This document shows positions 28,556 through 37,185 of a stretch of 64,000 bases of DNA, one piece after another. The translations under genes were made by a program, and so were the position numbers. Below the pieces are notes generated by a model. The model did no database searches, was not told the DNA's origin, and saw only the letters and a list, made by a program, of their open reading frames with translations. The DNA is taken from the NCBI GenBank assembly GCA_944358705.1, contig CALVRR010000003.1, positions 1,106 through 65,105 on the forward strand, read 5' to 3'. This stretch comes from an uncultured Bacilli bacterium (lineage in GTDB: Bacteria; Bacillota_I; Bacilli_A; RF39; UBA660). Every line of letters starts with the position of its first letter. Position 1 is the first letter of the stretch.

Positions 28556-29127
28556 TTTTCTCCTCCAATTCTTTTTTCAATTGCTTCTCTTAATGATTGG
28601 TTTTCTTTTTCTAAATCTTTTGATATGTTTCTTGGTTTTAGAAACTCTATTGTTACACTAGATGAAAATATTTTATATTCTCCTGTGATTACAAATGGGA
28701 TGATTTTGGTATTTGTTTCATAGGCCATTTTTACCGCTCCTATTTTAAATGGTAATGTTTTGGTTTTCTTTTCTCGGTTAATAGTTCCTTCTGGAAAAAT
28801 ACCTATTACCTTTTTTTCTTTTAGCGTATCTATTGCACTTTCTAAGGCTTGATGATCATGAATTTTACGATTTACTGGTATTGCGCCTACTCCTTTTACT
28901 ATTGGCTTTATAATACCTTTAAATAAGGAATCTTTGGCTAGAAAGTGAACTTGTTTGGGAATAATGGCAATTAACATGATAGGATCTAACCATTTGGTGT
29001 GATTTCCTGCTAGTACATAATTTTCGTTCTTTGCTATGTTTTCTACTCCTTTTATGGTAGGATGAAAAAGAACTTTAAATAGAACTTTTATTATTGGCCT
29101 TATTATTCTATAAAACAATGTATCCAT
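28552..29127 (-). CDS. Acyltransferase, PlsC family
   Basis: AGNHTKWLDP (HX4D) and FPEGTINR. Start taken at MDTLFYRI after AGGTGA. Confidence 0.7.
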   Translation of the reverse strand: MDTLFYRIIRPIIKVLFKVLFHPTIKGVENIAKNENYVLAGNHTKWLDPIMLIAIIPKQVHFLAKDSLFKGIIKPIVKGVGAIPVNRKIHDHQALESAIDTLKEKKVIGIFPEGTINREKKTKTLPFKIGAVKMAYETNTKIIPFVITGEYKIFSSSVTIEFLKPRNISKDLEKENQSLREAIEKRIGGEK

Positions 29128-29188
29128 AGTATCACCTATTATCATTATAGTACAAAATGAAAGAGATTAAAATATTTTATTTTTCTGT

Positions 29189-30124
29189 CTATAAAATAAA
29201 ACTAGTTTCATCTAAAAAGATAATTTCTGTTTGATATTTTAATTCCCTAACTAAGCGAAATAATGCTTCATCTTTTTTCTTGGCTTCTATCATAATATCG
29301 ATATCTTGTTTTGTTTTTTTTAATATTTTTAAAAAGTCTATAAATTCGTTACAGTTAATATAGTCGTTATGAGAACGCATTTCTTTTTTTGTTTTTTTCT
29401 TAGGAGAAGAAAAATGCATCTTGGGAGTCGTGGTCCAAGTCTTTACTATTTTTGGTAATAGCTCTTCTATTCTTTTTGTGGATGGGTTACAAATATGATG
29501 ATGATAATCTAATATGACTGGTATTTTTAAGTGGTCTGCTAGATATAGGCAGTCTTCTATGGTAAAGGATTTATCATCGTTTTCAATTGCAATTACTTTT
29601 TGTATTTCCTTTGGTAATTTTTTGAAATTGTTAATAAATCTTGTTAGAGATTTTTCTTTTCCAAATTCCATACTTCCGACATGTATTACTAATATGGGGT
29701 TTTTGATTTTTAAATATTTTAATAGATTGTAGTGATATTTTAATATTTCTATACTGCCATCTACTACTTTCTTTTTCGTACTATTTATTACACAATATTC
29801 TCCTGGATGAAAGTCTACCCTCATCTTTTTTTCTTGAATAATCTGGGCTATTTTTTGATATTCTTGTTGATAAGGGGTAAAATAATCTAGTGTTACTTCT
29901 TCTTTTGTTGCTAAAGGGATTAAATTTGAACTAATTCTAAAGAAATGGATATTATTTTTATTGTTATAGATTAGTAATTTTTGTAAATGAAAAAGGTTAG
30001 AACGTATTATTTGTTCTAACTTTTTATTGTCTTGTTCTTCTTTATATTTTGTATAGGGATAGGTACTAGAAGAAGTACCTATTATGGTTTCACTAATACA
30101 GGCGTAGCCTAGTCGTATTTTCAT
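29189..30124 (-). CDS. uvsE: UV damage endonuclease (UvdE/UvsE)
   Basis: MKIRLGYACIS, FFRISSNLIPLA, HPGEY, VIHVGS and LDYHHH are characteristic UVDE TIM-barrel motifs. Start follows GGTGA. Confidence 0.8.
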   Translation of the reverse strand: MKIRLGYACISETIIGTSSSTYPYTKYKEEQDNKKLEQIIRSNLFHLQKLLIYNNKNNIHFFRISSNLIPLATKEEVTLDYFTPYQQEYQKIAQIIQEKKMRVDFHPGEYCVINSTKKKVVDGSIEILKYHYNLLKYLKIKNPILVIHVGSMEFGKEKSLTRFINNFKKLPKEIQKVIAIENDDKSFTIEDCLYLADHLKIPVILDYHHHICNPSTKRIEELLPKIVKTWTTTPKMHFSSPKKKTKKEMRSHNDYINCNEFIDFLKILKKTKQDIDIMIEAKKKDEALFRLVRELKYQTEIIFLDETSFIL

Positions 30125-30154
30125 ATTATCACCAGTATTAGTATTTCCCATATT

Positions 30155-30670
30155 TTATCGATATAATCCTTTTTCATAGGCTTTTTCATAAGCTTTTTTA
30201 TCTTTTTCTTGGTAATATTTGATTGCTAGAGCTACCATAATTCTATCTGGATAAGTATTTTCAATTTGAGTTATTTCTTCTCTTGTTAATTTATAACCAC
30301 TAATAAAGCGAATTATGGCATTTTCCGGACGTGTTAACATATGATTTATAATTTCTTCTCTAGACATTATATGATCTATTCTAATTTTAGAAGTTGCTGT
30401 TAGGTTATCATAACCATAATAATTAAAGGGATCGCTAAAAGTTAAAATATCTCCTAATGCCGTTACTGTTGCAATACAAATATCTTCTTCTAAACCATTT
30501 ACATAAGCTAAAGTATCTTCTAAATAAGGAGTAAAATGAAAACCAGTTCCGTTTACTCCTTTAGTTAAAATGGTTGTTTCTGGTAGAGAATAGGTTTTTC
30601 CTTCTTTAAATTTCATTCCATATTGATTGGTCATGTCTTTATTTAATGATTTAAAACCACTTCTTGTCAT
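30155..30670 (-). CDS. Hypothetical protein (171 aa)
   Basis: Clean ORF with a GAGGTAG RBS, packed tightly between nadK and uvsE. No catalytic motif recognised. Confidence 0.5.
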   Translation of the reverse strand: MTRSGFKSLNKDMTNQYGMKFKEGKTYSLPETTILTKGVNGTGFHFTPYLEDTLAYVNGLEEDICIATVTALGDILTFSDPFNYYGYDNLTATSKIRIDHIMSREEIINHMLTRPENAIIRFISGYKLTREEITQIENTYPDRIMVALAIKYYQEKDKKAYEKAYEKGLYR

Positions 30671-30672
30671 TT

Positions 30673-31461
30673 CTACCTCACAAATTTATCATTAATCTTT
30701 TTAACAAAATTATATTCTTTCATTCGAAATACGGAAATTTCTCTTTGTTGAAAAACGGATAATTTTTCTACTTTTGGATAGATGATATTATCTCCGTCGA
30801 TACTTAACATTAAATCTTTTGTTCTGCCTGTTGGTCGTATCGTGATTTCTTTATCGCTAGGTAGGATAACCGAATTTAATAAATTACGATAAGAACGGTT
30901 GTTTAATGGAGCTATTGGAGTTACTTGTAGTGTATGAAAGGTATTATATACAATACTTCCTCCATAACTTAGATTGTAGGCAGTAGAACCGAAGGATGTA
31001 GAAACTAGTAAACCATCTCCTACAAATCTTTCTAATAGTTGTCCATCGACTTCGATATCTAGATTGGCGGTGTTTAGATTGCTATCTCTAACTACTACTT
31101 CATTTAATGCTACGTGTCTAGAACTACTATCTTTCGTAGAGATTACAATTTCTTCCACTCCAATTTGTTCTACTTTATAATCGTTTGTTTGTAAGGCGGA
31201 TATAAAAGAGTCAATTTCATCTACATTTACTTCCTGGGCAAATCCTAATGTCCCAGTATTAATTCCTACGTATAGACATTCTTCATTAAAATTTGCATTT
31301 TTTACCATTCGTAGAAAGGCACCATCCCCACCGATGGCAATTGCTAGATCGTAATTATTTTCTACAATAGAAAGGCCTGCTTCTTGTAATTTTTCTGCTA
31401 CTTTTGAAGCAACATACCTTGATTCATCATTATTATTTACAAATAATCTTACATTTTCCAT
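30673..31461 (-). CDS. nadK: NAD kinase
   Basis: GGDGAFLR (GGDG motif), NTGTLGF, and the ST.FGSTAYNLSYGG region. Confidence 0.9.
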   Translation of the reverse strand: MENVRLFVNNNDESRYVASKVAEKLQEAGLSIVENNYDLAIAIGGDGAFLRMVKNANFNEECLYVGINTGTLGFAQEVNVDEIDSFISALQTNDYKVEQIGVEEIVISTKDSSSRHVALNEVVVRDSNLNTANLDIEVDGQLLERFVGDGLLVSTSFGSTAYNLSYGGSIVYNTFHTLQVTPIAPLNNRSYRNLLNSVILPSDKEITIRPTGRTKDLMLSIDGDNIIYPKVEKLSVFQQREISVFRMKEYNFVKKINDKFVR

Positions 31462-31462
31462 G

Positions 31463-32293
31463 TTACTTTCCTTTATATTTAAATAGTACAGAAGGACGAT
31501 GACCTTCTCCTGTTTTCATTTTCTTTGTTTTTTCTACTTTACTAGCAATGATTCTACGAAAGGCAGGATCTAATAGTTTTTTATTTAGTATTACTTCATA
31601 TACTTGTTGTAATTCCCCTAAGGTAAAGTATTCTGGCATCATATTAAAAACAATATCCGTATAGTTTAATTTGTTTCTTAAACGTTCGATTCCAGCTAAA
31701 ATTACTAAAGCGTGATCAAAGGCAATGTCTTTGTTTTTTTCTTCTACAAAGCGATAACGATCGGTTGTTTTTTCACGTAACTCCTTTTTTATAGCTAAGT
31801 GGATGGTTTCTGTTCCATTATCTAAAGTGATATCCACTATATTATTTTTTTCTTCTAATAATACTACGTCAAACCAAGATGCATTTTTATTTATCATATC
31901 TGTTAGTTTGTTTTTATCTACTAAAGCAATATAAGAAGTAGATACTACTCTAGTTCTAGGATCTCTATCAATTGCATCATAGGTATATAATTGTTCTAAG
32001 TATATGTTTGATAGGTTTGTTTCTCTTTTTAGGACATTTTTAGCACATTCCGCTAATGTTTCAGTCTTAGGATTTAAAAATCCACCTGGTAAACACCATT
32101 TTCCTTTGTATGGAAAATCGTCTCTTTTCACAAGCAAAATACTCATCATTTTCTTACTTGTTTTACGATAATTTGTTTGTTCTTGGTCGGATACACTAAT
32201 TAGTAGAATGTCGGCAGTCATAGATAATTGATCAAATGCCTTTGGGTCATAGTCTTTTAGAAATTCTTCTTCAGTTTTATATTCTTTTTTCAT
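31463..32293 (-). CDS. nrtR: Nudix-related transcriptional regulator of NAD metabolism (NrtR family)
   Basis: The N-terminal Nudix fold has a degenerate Nudix box (WCLPGGFLNPKTETLAECAKNVLKRETNL). The C-terminal winged-helix segment reads FTLGELQQVYEVILNKKLLDPAFRRIIASKV, similar to the NrtR pattern F....Lq..ye.i.g..ld..NFRRk. Confidence 0.7.
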   Translation of the reverse strand: MKKEYKTEEEFLKDYDPKAFDQLSMTADILLISVSDQEQTNYRKTSKKMMSILLVKRDDFPYKGKWCLPGGFLNPKTETLAECAKNVLKRETNLSNIYLEQLYTYDAIDRDPRTRVVSTSYIALVDKNKLTDMINKNASWFDVVLLEEKNNIVDITLDNGTETIHLAIKKELREKTTDRYRFVEEKNKDIAFDHALVILAGIERLRNKLNYTDIVFNMMPEYFTLGELQQVYEVILNKKLLDPAFRRIIASKVEKTKKMKTGEGHRPSVLFKYKGK

Positions 32294-32305
32294 AAAATCA
32301 CCTCT

Positions 32306-32324
32306 TATTTATACTTTGATTATA
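32306..32324 (-). promoter_or_regulatory. Weak candidate operator in front of nrtR
   Basis: TATTTA-TACTTTG-ATTATA lies directly next to the RBS. The position matches the stronger sites, but only 9 of 12 half-site positions match. Confidence 0.25.
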
Positions 32325-32394
32325 ACATATATTAAGAAAAAAATAATTATTATTTATTTTTCTTCTATATTTTTTTGTTAAATAAAATTTCAAG

Positions 32395-32871
32395 TTATGA
32401 TTTTATAATTGTTAAAAGCATTTCAATTATTTTATCGATGACGTGGTCTTTATTTAATTTTCTACTTTCTTTGTGTACTTCCATTTTTTCTTGATAATAC
32501 TTATCTTTTTCTTTGTCATAAATACTAATATAGACCACATTATCTTTCCCTACAGGGTTGGCTGGATCTTGTCTATTTAGTTGCCCTGTGATTCCTACTC
32601 CGTAGTCACTATTTGCAAACTTCGTTATGTTTTTACTCATTTCATCGGCAGTTTCTTGACTATATACGGTATATTTGTCAATTACTTCACTAGATACTCC
32701 CATTTTAATTTTATATTCATTTGAGTAAGTAACAGCACTAAATTTTAATATTTCACTCGCTCCTTCACAATTCGTAATGGCGTTCGCTACTCCTCCTCCA
32801 GTACATGACTCCATAGTAGCAATTGTTTTTCTTTGTTCTTGCAAAATATGTATAATCTCTTTAAAATCCAT
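32395..32871 (-). CDS. pncC: NMN amidohydrolase, CinA C-terminal domain type (PncC)
   Basis: ATMESCTGGGVANAIT is the signature of the CinA/PncC deamidase domain. 158 aa, stand-alone. Confidence 0.8.
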   Translation of the reverse strand: MDFKEIIHILQEQRKTIATMESCTGGGVANAITNCEGASEILKFSAVTYSNEYKIKMGVSSEVIDKYTVYSQETADEMSKNITKFANSDYGVGITGQLNRQDPANPVGKDNVVYISIYDKEKDKYYQEKMEVHKESRKLNKDHVIDKIIEMLLTIIKS

Positions 32872-32883
32872 TTTTTATTCTCC

Positions 32884-33453
32884 TTATCTTGTTTTCATAT
32901 ATTTTTTGATATCACATCTATCTATTTGTAATTCTTCATTAATATCAATAAAAGGAACACTTTCTAAATTACTACCTAATTTATTTAAAACAATATCAAT
33001 AGCACAATCTTTTTCTTTATAAAATTCTACCGAAGAAAAGACTTTGTCCTTATCTGGTATTTTAATTCCAATTACAGTATCTAGGCTTATTTCGTCTTTT
33101 ACTTGATATTCATCTTCATAAGGTGAGAAACGCTTACCAGGAAACAGTCTCGATAATTTGCGCCCTAATTCATAATTATAATCTTCTATATACTTCGTAT
33201 TATTTACTGGAATTCCAGCAAAGATAAAAGCATAAGAAGAAGAAATAAACCTTTTATAAGAACTATTCCATACTGATTCTTCTCTTTTTGATAAAGAAAT
33301 ATAATCTAGTCCATTCCAAGTAGGATGATTCAGTTTCTGATATCCTTGTTTTCTTCTAGAAAGAATGGAACCAGCATTTAAAATATCATCTAATTTTTCC
33401 AGTTGCATACGATGATAAAACCAGTCTGGATTAATAACTATTTTCTTAATCAT
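32884..33453 (-). CDS. Hypothetical protein (189 aa), possible H-Y-E-type ADP-ribosyltransferase / Tpt1-DarT-like fold
   Basis: WFYHRMQLEKLDDILNAGSILS resembles the a-Y-H-x-T....L..IL..G.L start of DarT and KptA. DYISLS resembles YVHLS. EDEYQVKDEISLDTVIGIKIP resembles the catalytic-Glu strand. By eye only. Confidence 0.35.
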   Translation of the reverse strand: MIKKIVINPDWFYHRMQLEKLDDILNAGSILSRRKQGYQKLNHPTWNGLDYISLSKREESVWNSSYKRFISSSYAFIFAGIPVNNTKYIEDYNYELGRKLSRLFPGKRFSPYEDEYQVKDEISLDTVIGIKIPDKDKVFSSVEFYKEKDCAIDIVLNKLGSNLESVPFIDINEELQIDRCDIKKYMKTR

Positions 33454-33593
33454 CTTGTTTTCCTAATATCATCTACTTTTATTCTGTACTTTTTCAGATA
33501 AAATTATTTAACATTTCATAAAATATAGATGAACCTTTCTATTAATTTTGATACTTATTCATATGCTTCTTGTTATACTTTAGCATAAACTTA

Positions 33594-34499
33594 TTATTTT
33601 AGCAAAACTTTCTTGCCGAAACCTGCTGTTACTTTATTGTCTGATGTATATACTAATTGTGTTGTATAAGGGCATTCACAATCCTTTATCATTCTAGCAT
33701 AATATTCTACTAATTTATGATGTTTTGTTAAATAAATACCATCTACACATTCACAATACTCTCTACTATAAAAATGATGCCCAGGGAAGAAATTATCATC
33801 CAGATGAGAAAATAAATCGTTAAAATTAATAAATTCTTTTTCTGCATAAGAATTACATTTCATTAATGAGACAAAACCTGTTTTATATACACCTATATCT
33901 CCTACATATGTTAACATGTTTTTAATCTCTTCTAAGGAATTGATTCCACTTTTCATAATCATCGTATTTATATTAATAATTTTTTTATCTGTTAGGCTTT
34001 GCCCTAAATCAATGATATCATTTGTTGTTGCAATCTTTTTAGAATGAAAAATACTTTCGTTTTTTCTGTCATCATAGTGATGTCTAGAGATATGAATGCT
34101 TTCTAATTTATTTACTTTATCATAGTTTTTCAATTCTCTACAATGATATCCATTAGTGGATATCGCCACTTCCATATCTTCATCTATTTTATAAATTAAA
34201 TCTAATACTTGAAATAGTTTCGTAGGATTTGTCATTGGTTCCCCACCGGTAATACTAATACCATGAAGTATATCTTTTTCTTTTAGATAACTGATGACAA
34301 AAGCTAGTTTTTCTAGATCTATCGTTCCAAAATCCTTACTTTGGCTATTAGCGCAAAACTTGCAGTTGGCAAAACATTGGTCTGTTAGTTTTATATATAG
34401 TCTTAAAGTTGGTTTTGTTTTTCTTAGTTTGGTTGGGCTATCTGAACAATAATAATCTTTTACTGGTAATTCTTCATCAAAGATTTTTATTCTTTCCAT
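33594..34499 (-). CDS. Radical SAM enzyme of unknown specificity
   Basis: LTDQCFANCKFCAN (CxxxCxxC), ITGGEP, and C-terminal CEC...(25 aa)...CEC. ATG at 34499 follows the AGAGGTGG RBS; the track ORF starts at a TTG 9 nt upstream. Confidence 0.8.
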   Translation of the reverse strand: MERIKIFDEELPVKDYYCSDSPTKLRKTKPTLRLYIKLTDQCFANCKFCANSQSKDFGTIDLEKLAFVISYLKEKDILHGISITGGEPMTNPTKLFQVLDLIYKIDEDMEVAISTNGYHCRELKNYDKVNKLESIHISRHHYDDRKNESIFHSKKIATTNDIIDLGQSLTDKKIININTMIMKSGINSLEEIKNMLTYVGDIGVYKTGFVSLMKCNSYAEKEFINFNDLFSHLDDNFFPGHHFYSREYCECVDGIYLTKHHKLVEYYARMIKDCECPYTTQLVYTSDNKVTAGFGKKVLLK

Positions 34500-34501
34500 A
34501 T

Positions 34502-34888
34502 TTAACAACCACCTCTATACGTACTCCTTTGTCCGCTACAACCAGTAGACCAATAAGATGGTTCATATGATGATCTGCAAGGATCACTGTGGTAGTGATG
34601 ATAGTGAATGGTTTCTTGTTCTCTTTTTACCTTTTTCTTAGGTTTATCTGAAGTAGTATTTTCTAATAAAGCACTGATATCACAACTTCCTAGTTTTTCT
34701 TTTATCGTTAGTAATTCATCCGTGCAATCAATCACTTGATCTAGGTCACTTAATGTATTATCATCTGCCATTTTTGTTAAATCTAAATAACTTCTAAATT
34801 GCTTTAAGTTCCTTTTTGTTTCTTCTTTTTGAGTACTTTGACTTATGATTTTTCCTACAAAATCAATTAAATCTTGTCTTTCAAACAT
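34502..34888 (-). CDS. 128-aa protein with a His/Tyr/Cys/Gly/Ser-rich C-terminal tail (candidate radical SAM substrate)
   Basis: Helical, charged N-terminal region of about 90 aa, then a KPKKKVKRE linker. The tail is IHYHHYHSDPCRSSYEPSYWSTGCSGQRSTYRGGC and ends on Cys. Its stop codon is 2 nt from the radical SAM ATG. AAGGAG RBS. Confidence 0.6.
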   Translation of the reverse strand: MFERQDLIDFVGKIISQSTQKEETKRNLKQFRSYLDLTKMADDNTLSDLDQVIDCTDELLTIKEKLGSCDISALLENTTSDKPKKKVKREQETIHYHHYHSDPCRSSYEPSYWSTGCSGQRSTYRGGC

Positions 34889-34890
34889 AA

Positions 34891-35898
34891 TTATTCTCCT
34901 TTTAATAATTTATTTACATATTCTTTTGCTTTTTCATAACGTTCTTCGTAATTTCCTGTAATTGTTTCGTATTTAATGTGATTTTCTTTTAATATTTGTT
35001 TTAATATCTTATTATTTTCTTTTCTTACTTCGTCTTTTCCATAAGTTCTTGTGCCATCTTGTACCCAGGCGACATCTGGTTCTAGAAATAGATATAAATC
35101 ATAATTATTTAAATTAGAAATACTAGTGGCGATAGTTTCAAAATCTTTTTCACTTTGTTCTTTAAAGCCTAGTTTGTAATAATATAATGTAATTAATGAA
35201 TCGGTGTCGATAAATAGAATTTTATTAGCATGTTCTAAAGCAATCTTTTCATCTTGTTTATGCTGAAAAAGTATTTCAAAGTAGTGATACTTTTGCATAT
35301 TATCAATTCCACCTGCTTCATCACAGATATATCTTCCTGCTTCTTCTACATGCGTAGTGTTATATGCTTTTGCTAGATTTCTAACTAGTGTTGTTTTACC
35401 ACAACTTTCTGTACCAATGATGCATACTTTTTTTGTATAATATTTCCTTACACATGCTGGAAGATAATCAAAATATTTATATGGATTTTGTCTAATTTCT
35501 GTTGAAGATATATTAATTTCTTCTCTATCAAAATAGATAACTTTACTTTCATTATATAGATTTTCCCATAGGTTTTGATTTTTATAATCACTTCCTGCAA
35601 ATACTACGTCTATTTTTCTTCCTATATATTTTTTTACATCTTGTACTCCTTGTTCCCAGTCATATGTTTCTTTATTTAAGTTCTTTGAATAGATTGGAAA
35701 TACTTCTACATTTTCCATATCTTGAGTAATATTTTTTAGCCACGTGATTCTGGTTTTTTCGTCTATTTCTTTTGGATCATCACTGATACTTATTGGAATA
35801 TATAGTTTTTTGCATTGATTCTTTGCCATGATGATATCGTTTACATGACCTAAGTGTAGAGGATTAAATGTTCCTCCATACATTCCTATTTCATACAT
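34891..35898 (-). CDS. nadR: Bifunctional NMN adenylyltransferase / ribosylnicotinamide kinase (NadR-type, no HTH)
   Basis: GGTFNPLHLGH (nucleotidyltransferase HxGH) and GTESCGKTTL (P-loop of the RNK domain). Confidence 0.8.
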   Translation of the reverse strand: MYEIGMYGGTFNPLHLGHVNDIIMAKNQCKKLYIPISISDDPKEIDEKTRITWLKNITQDMENVEVFPIYSKNLNKETYDWEQGVQDVKKYIGRKIDVVFAGSDYKNQNLWENLYNESKVIYFDREEINISSTEIRQNPYKYFDYLPACVRKYYTKKVCIIGTESCGKTTLVRNLAKAYNTTHVEEAGRYICDEAGGIDNMQKYHYFEILFQHKQDEKIALEHANKILFIDTDSLITLYYYKLGFKEQSEKDFETIATSISNLNNYDLYLFLEPDVAWVQDGTRTYGKDEVRKENNKILKQILKENHIKYETITGNYEERYEKAKEYVNKLLKGE

Positions 35899-36575
35899 TT
35901 TACATCCTCCTTTGCAATCTTTGACCAGTTATAATAACCATAAAAAGCATTTACTAAATATACTGCCCACATGGTTACCATAATGTAGTCTTTTACGTGC
36001 CACCACATAATTACTGTAATAATATCTATTACTATCCATAGTAGCCATTGTTCTCTATATCTTAATACCATCAATAGATTAGCAACAACAGAGATTACTG
36101 TAGAGGCACTGTCTAGTAAAGGATTTGTACCACCTAAGTGGTTTAATAAGTATTGGTATAGAAAAATACCTATTCCTGTAATTATTAATAAGATAATAGA
36201 ATGCTTTATATTTAACTTCTTTCCTTGTACTTCATCATCTTCTTCCTTGGTATTTTTACTCCATAAATAGTAACCAATGAATTGTAGTGGTAGATAATAG
36301 ATAGCATTTAACATCACTTCTCCATAGTATTTGTGAATCCAAGCAACTATTATATAACCTAGGATGTTGAAGAATCCCCAGAAATACTGACTTCTTTTTC
36401 CCTTTGCACAAAGTACTACACAAAATATTCCAGATATCGCAGCAATCGCATCAATTACTATATAAATTAAACTATCTTCTTTATTTATGATGGCAAAATA
36501 AGTAGTGAAGAGTGTGACTGCTAGAATCATACTCCATTCAAAGACTGAAAACTTTTTAATAGCTTTTAATAGCAT
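35886..36575 (-). CDS. pnuC: Nicotinamide riboside transporter PnuC
   Basis: Seven-TM protein with W-rich motifs (WLLWIVIDIITVIMWW, YGYYNW) typical of PnuC. Start taken at MLLKAIKKF after GGAAAGGAAG. Confidence 0.8.
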   Translation of the reverse strand: MLLKAIKKFSVFEWSMILAVTLFTTYFAIINKEDSLIYIVIDAIAAISGIFCVVLCAKGKRSQYFWGFFNILGYIIVAWIHKYYGEVMLNAIYYLPLQFIGYYLWSKNTKEEDDEVQGKKLNIKHSIILLIITGIGIFLYQYLLNHLGGTNPLLDSASTVISVVANLLMVLRYREQWLLWIVIDIITVIMWWHVKDYIMVTMWAVYLVNAFYGYYNWSKIAKEDVKCMK

Positions 36576-37185
36576 AGAAACACTTCCTTTCCACCTTTTC
36601 TTCATATAAGTGATTTTCTTTTATATATTGATATACTTTTTTATCTAGATATTTTTTGATATTACCTAGTTTTTTCTTTTTTATTTCTTCTCTAATATAA
36701 GTAGAAGATAATGTTTCTTCTTTGATAGAAGTTACGATTATATTTTTTTGATAATTTTTATATTTTTCTAATAATGGTTCTAATTCGTCGGTTGTTCTTT
36801 TAATAACTAAAATTTTATAGTTTTTTAAGATATAGTCTCCTCTTTTCCATTGATCTATATAACTTAAATTATCTGTTCCACAAATAAAGTAAATGTCATC
36901 TTCTGGATATTTCCTTTTGAAATGATCTAGGGTTTCATAGGTATAGACTGGCCTATCTTGTAACTCATACTTACTTAGGGATAAATCTTTTTCATGTTCT
37001 ATCATAAGTGTTAACATTGTATACCTAGTAGTATTTGATTCTAGGTTATTTTTATATTCATATTTTGTTCCTGTTGGTACAAAGATAACTTTATCGACAT
37101 AACCTTGTTTAATTAATTCTTTGGCTATTTCTTTATGCATTTTGTGAGGGGGATTAAAGCTTCCTCCAAAGATTCCTATTTTCAT
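36556..37185 (-). CDS. nadD: Nicotinate-nucleotide adenylyltransferase
   Basis: IGIFGGSFNPPHKMH (GxFxPxHxxH) and ISSTYIR (ISST motif). Overlaps the prs stop by 4 nt. Confidence 0.85.
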   Translation of the reverse strand: MKIGIFGGSFNPPHKMHKEIAKELIKQGYVDKVIFVPTGTKYEYKNNLESNTTRYTMLTLMIEHEKDLSLSKYELQDRPVYTYETLDHFKRKYPEDDIYFICGTDNLSYIDQWKRGDYILKNYKILVIKRTTDELEPLLEKYKNYQKNIIVTSIKEETLSSTYIREEIKKKKLGNIKKYLDKKVYQYIKENHLYEEKVERKCFYAIKSY

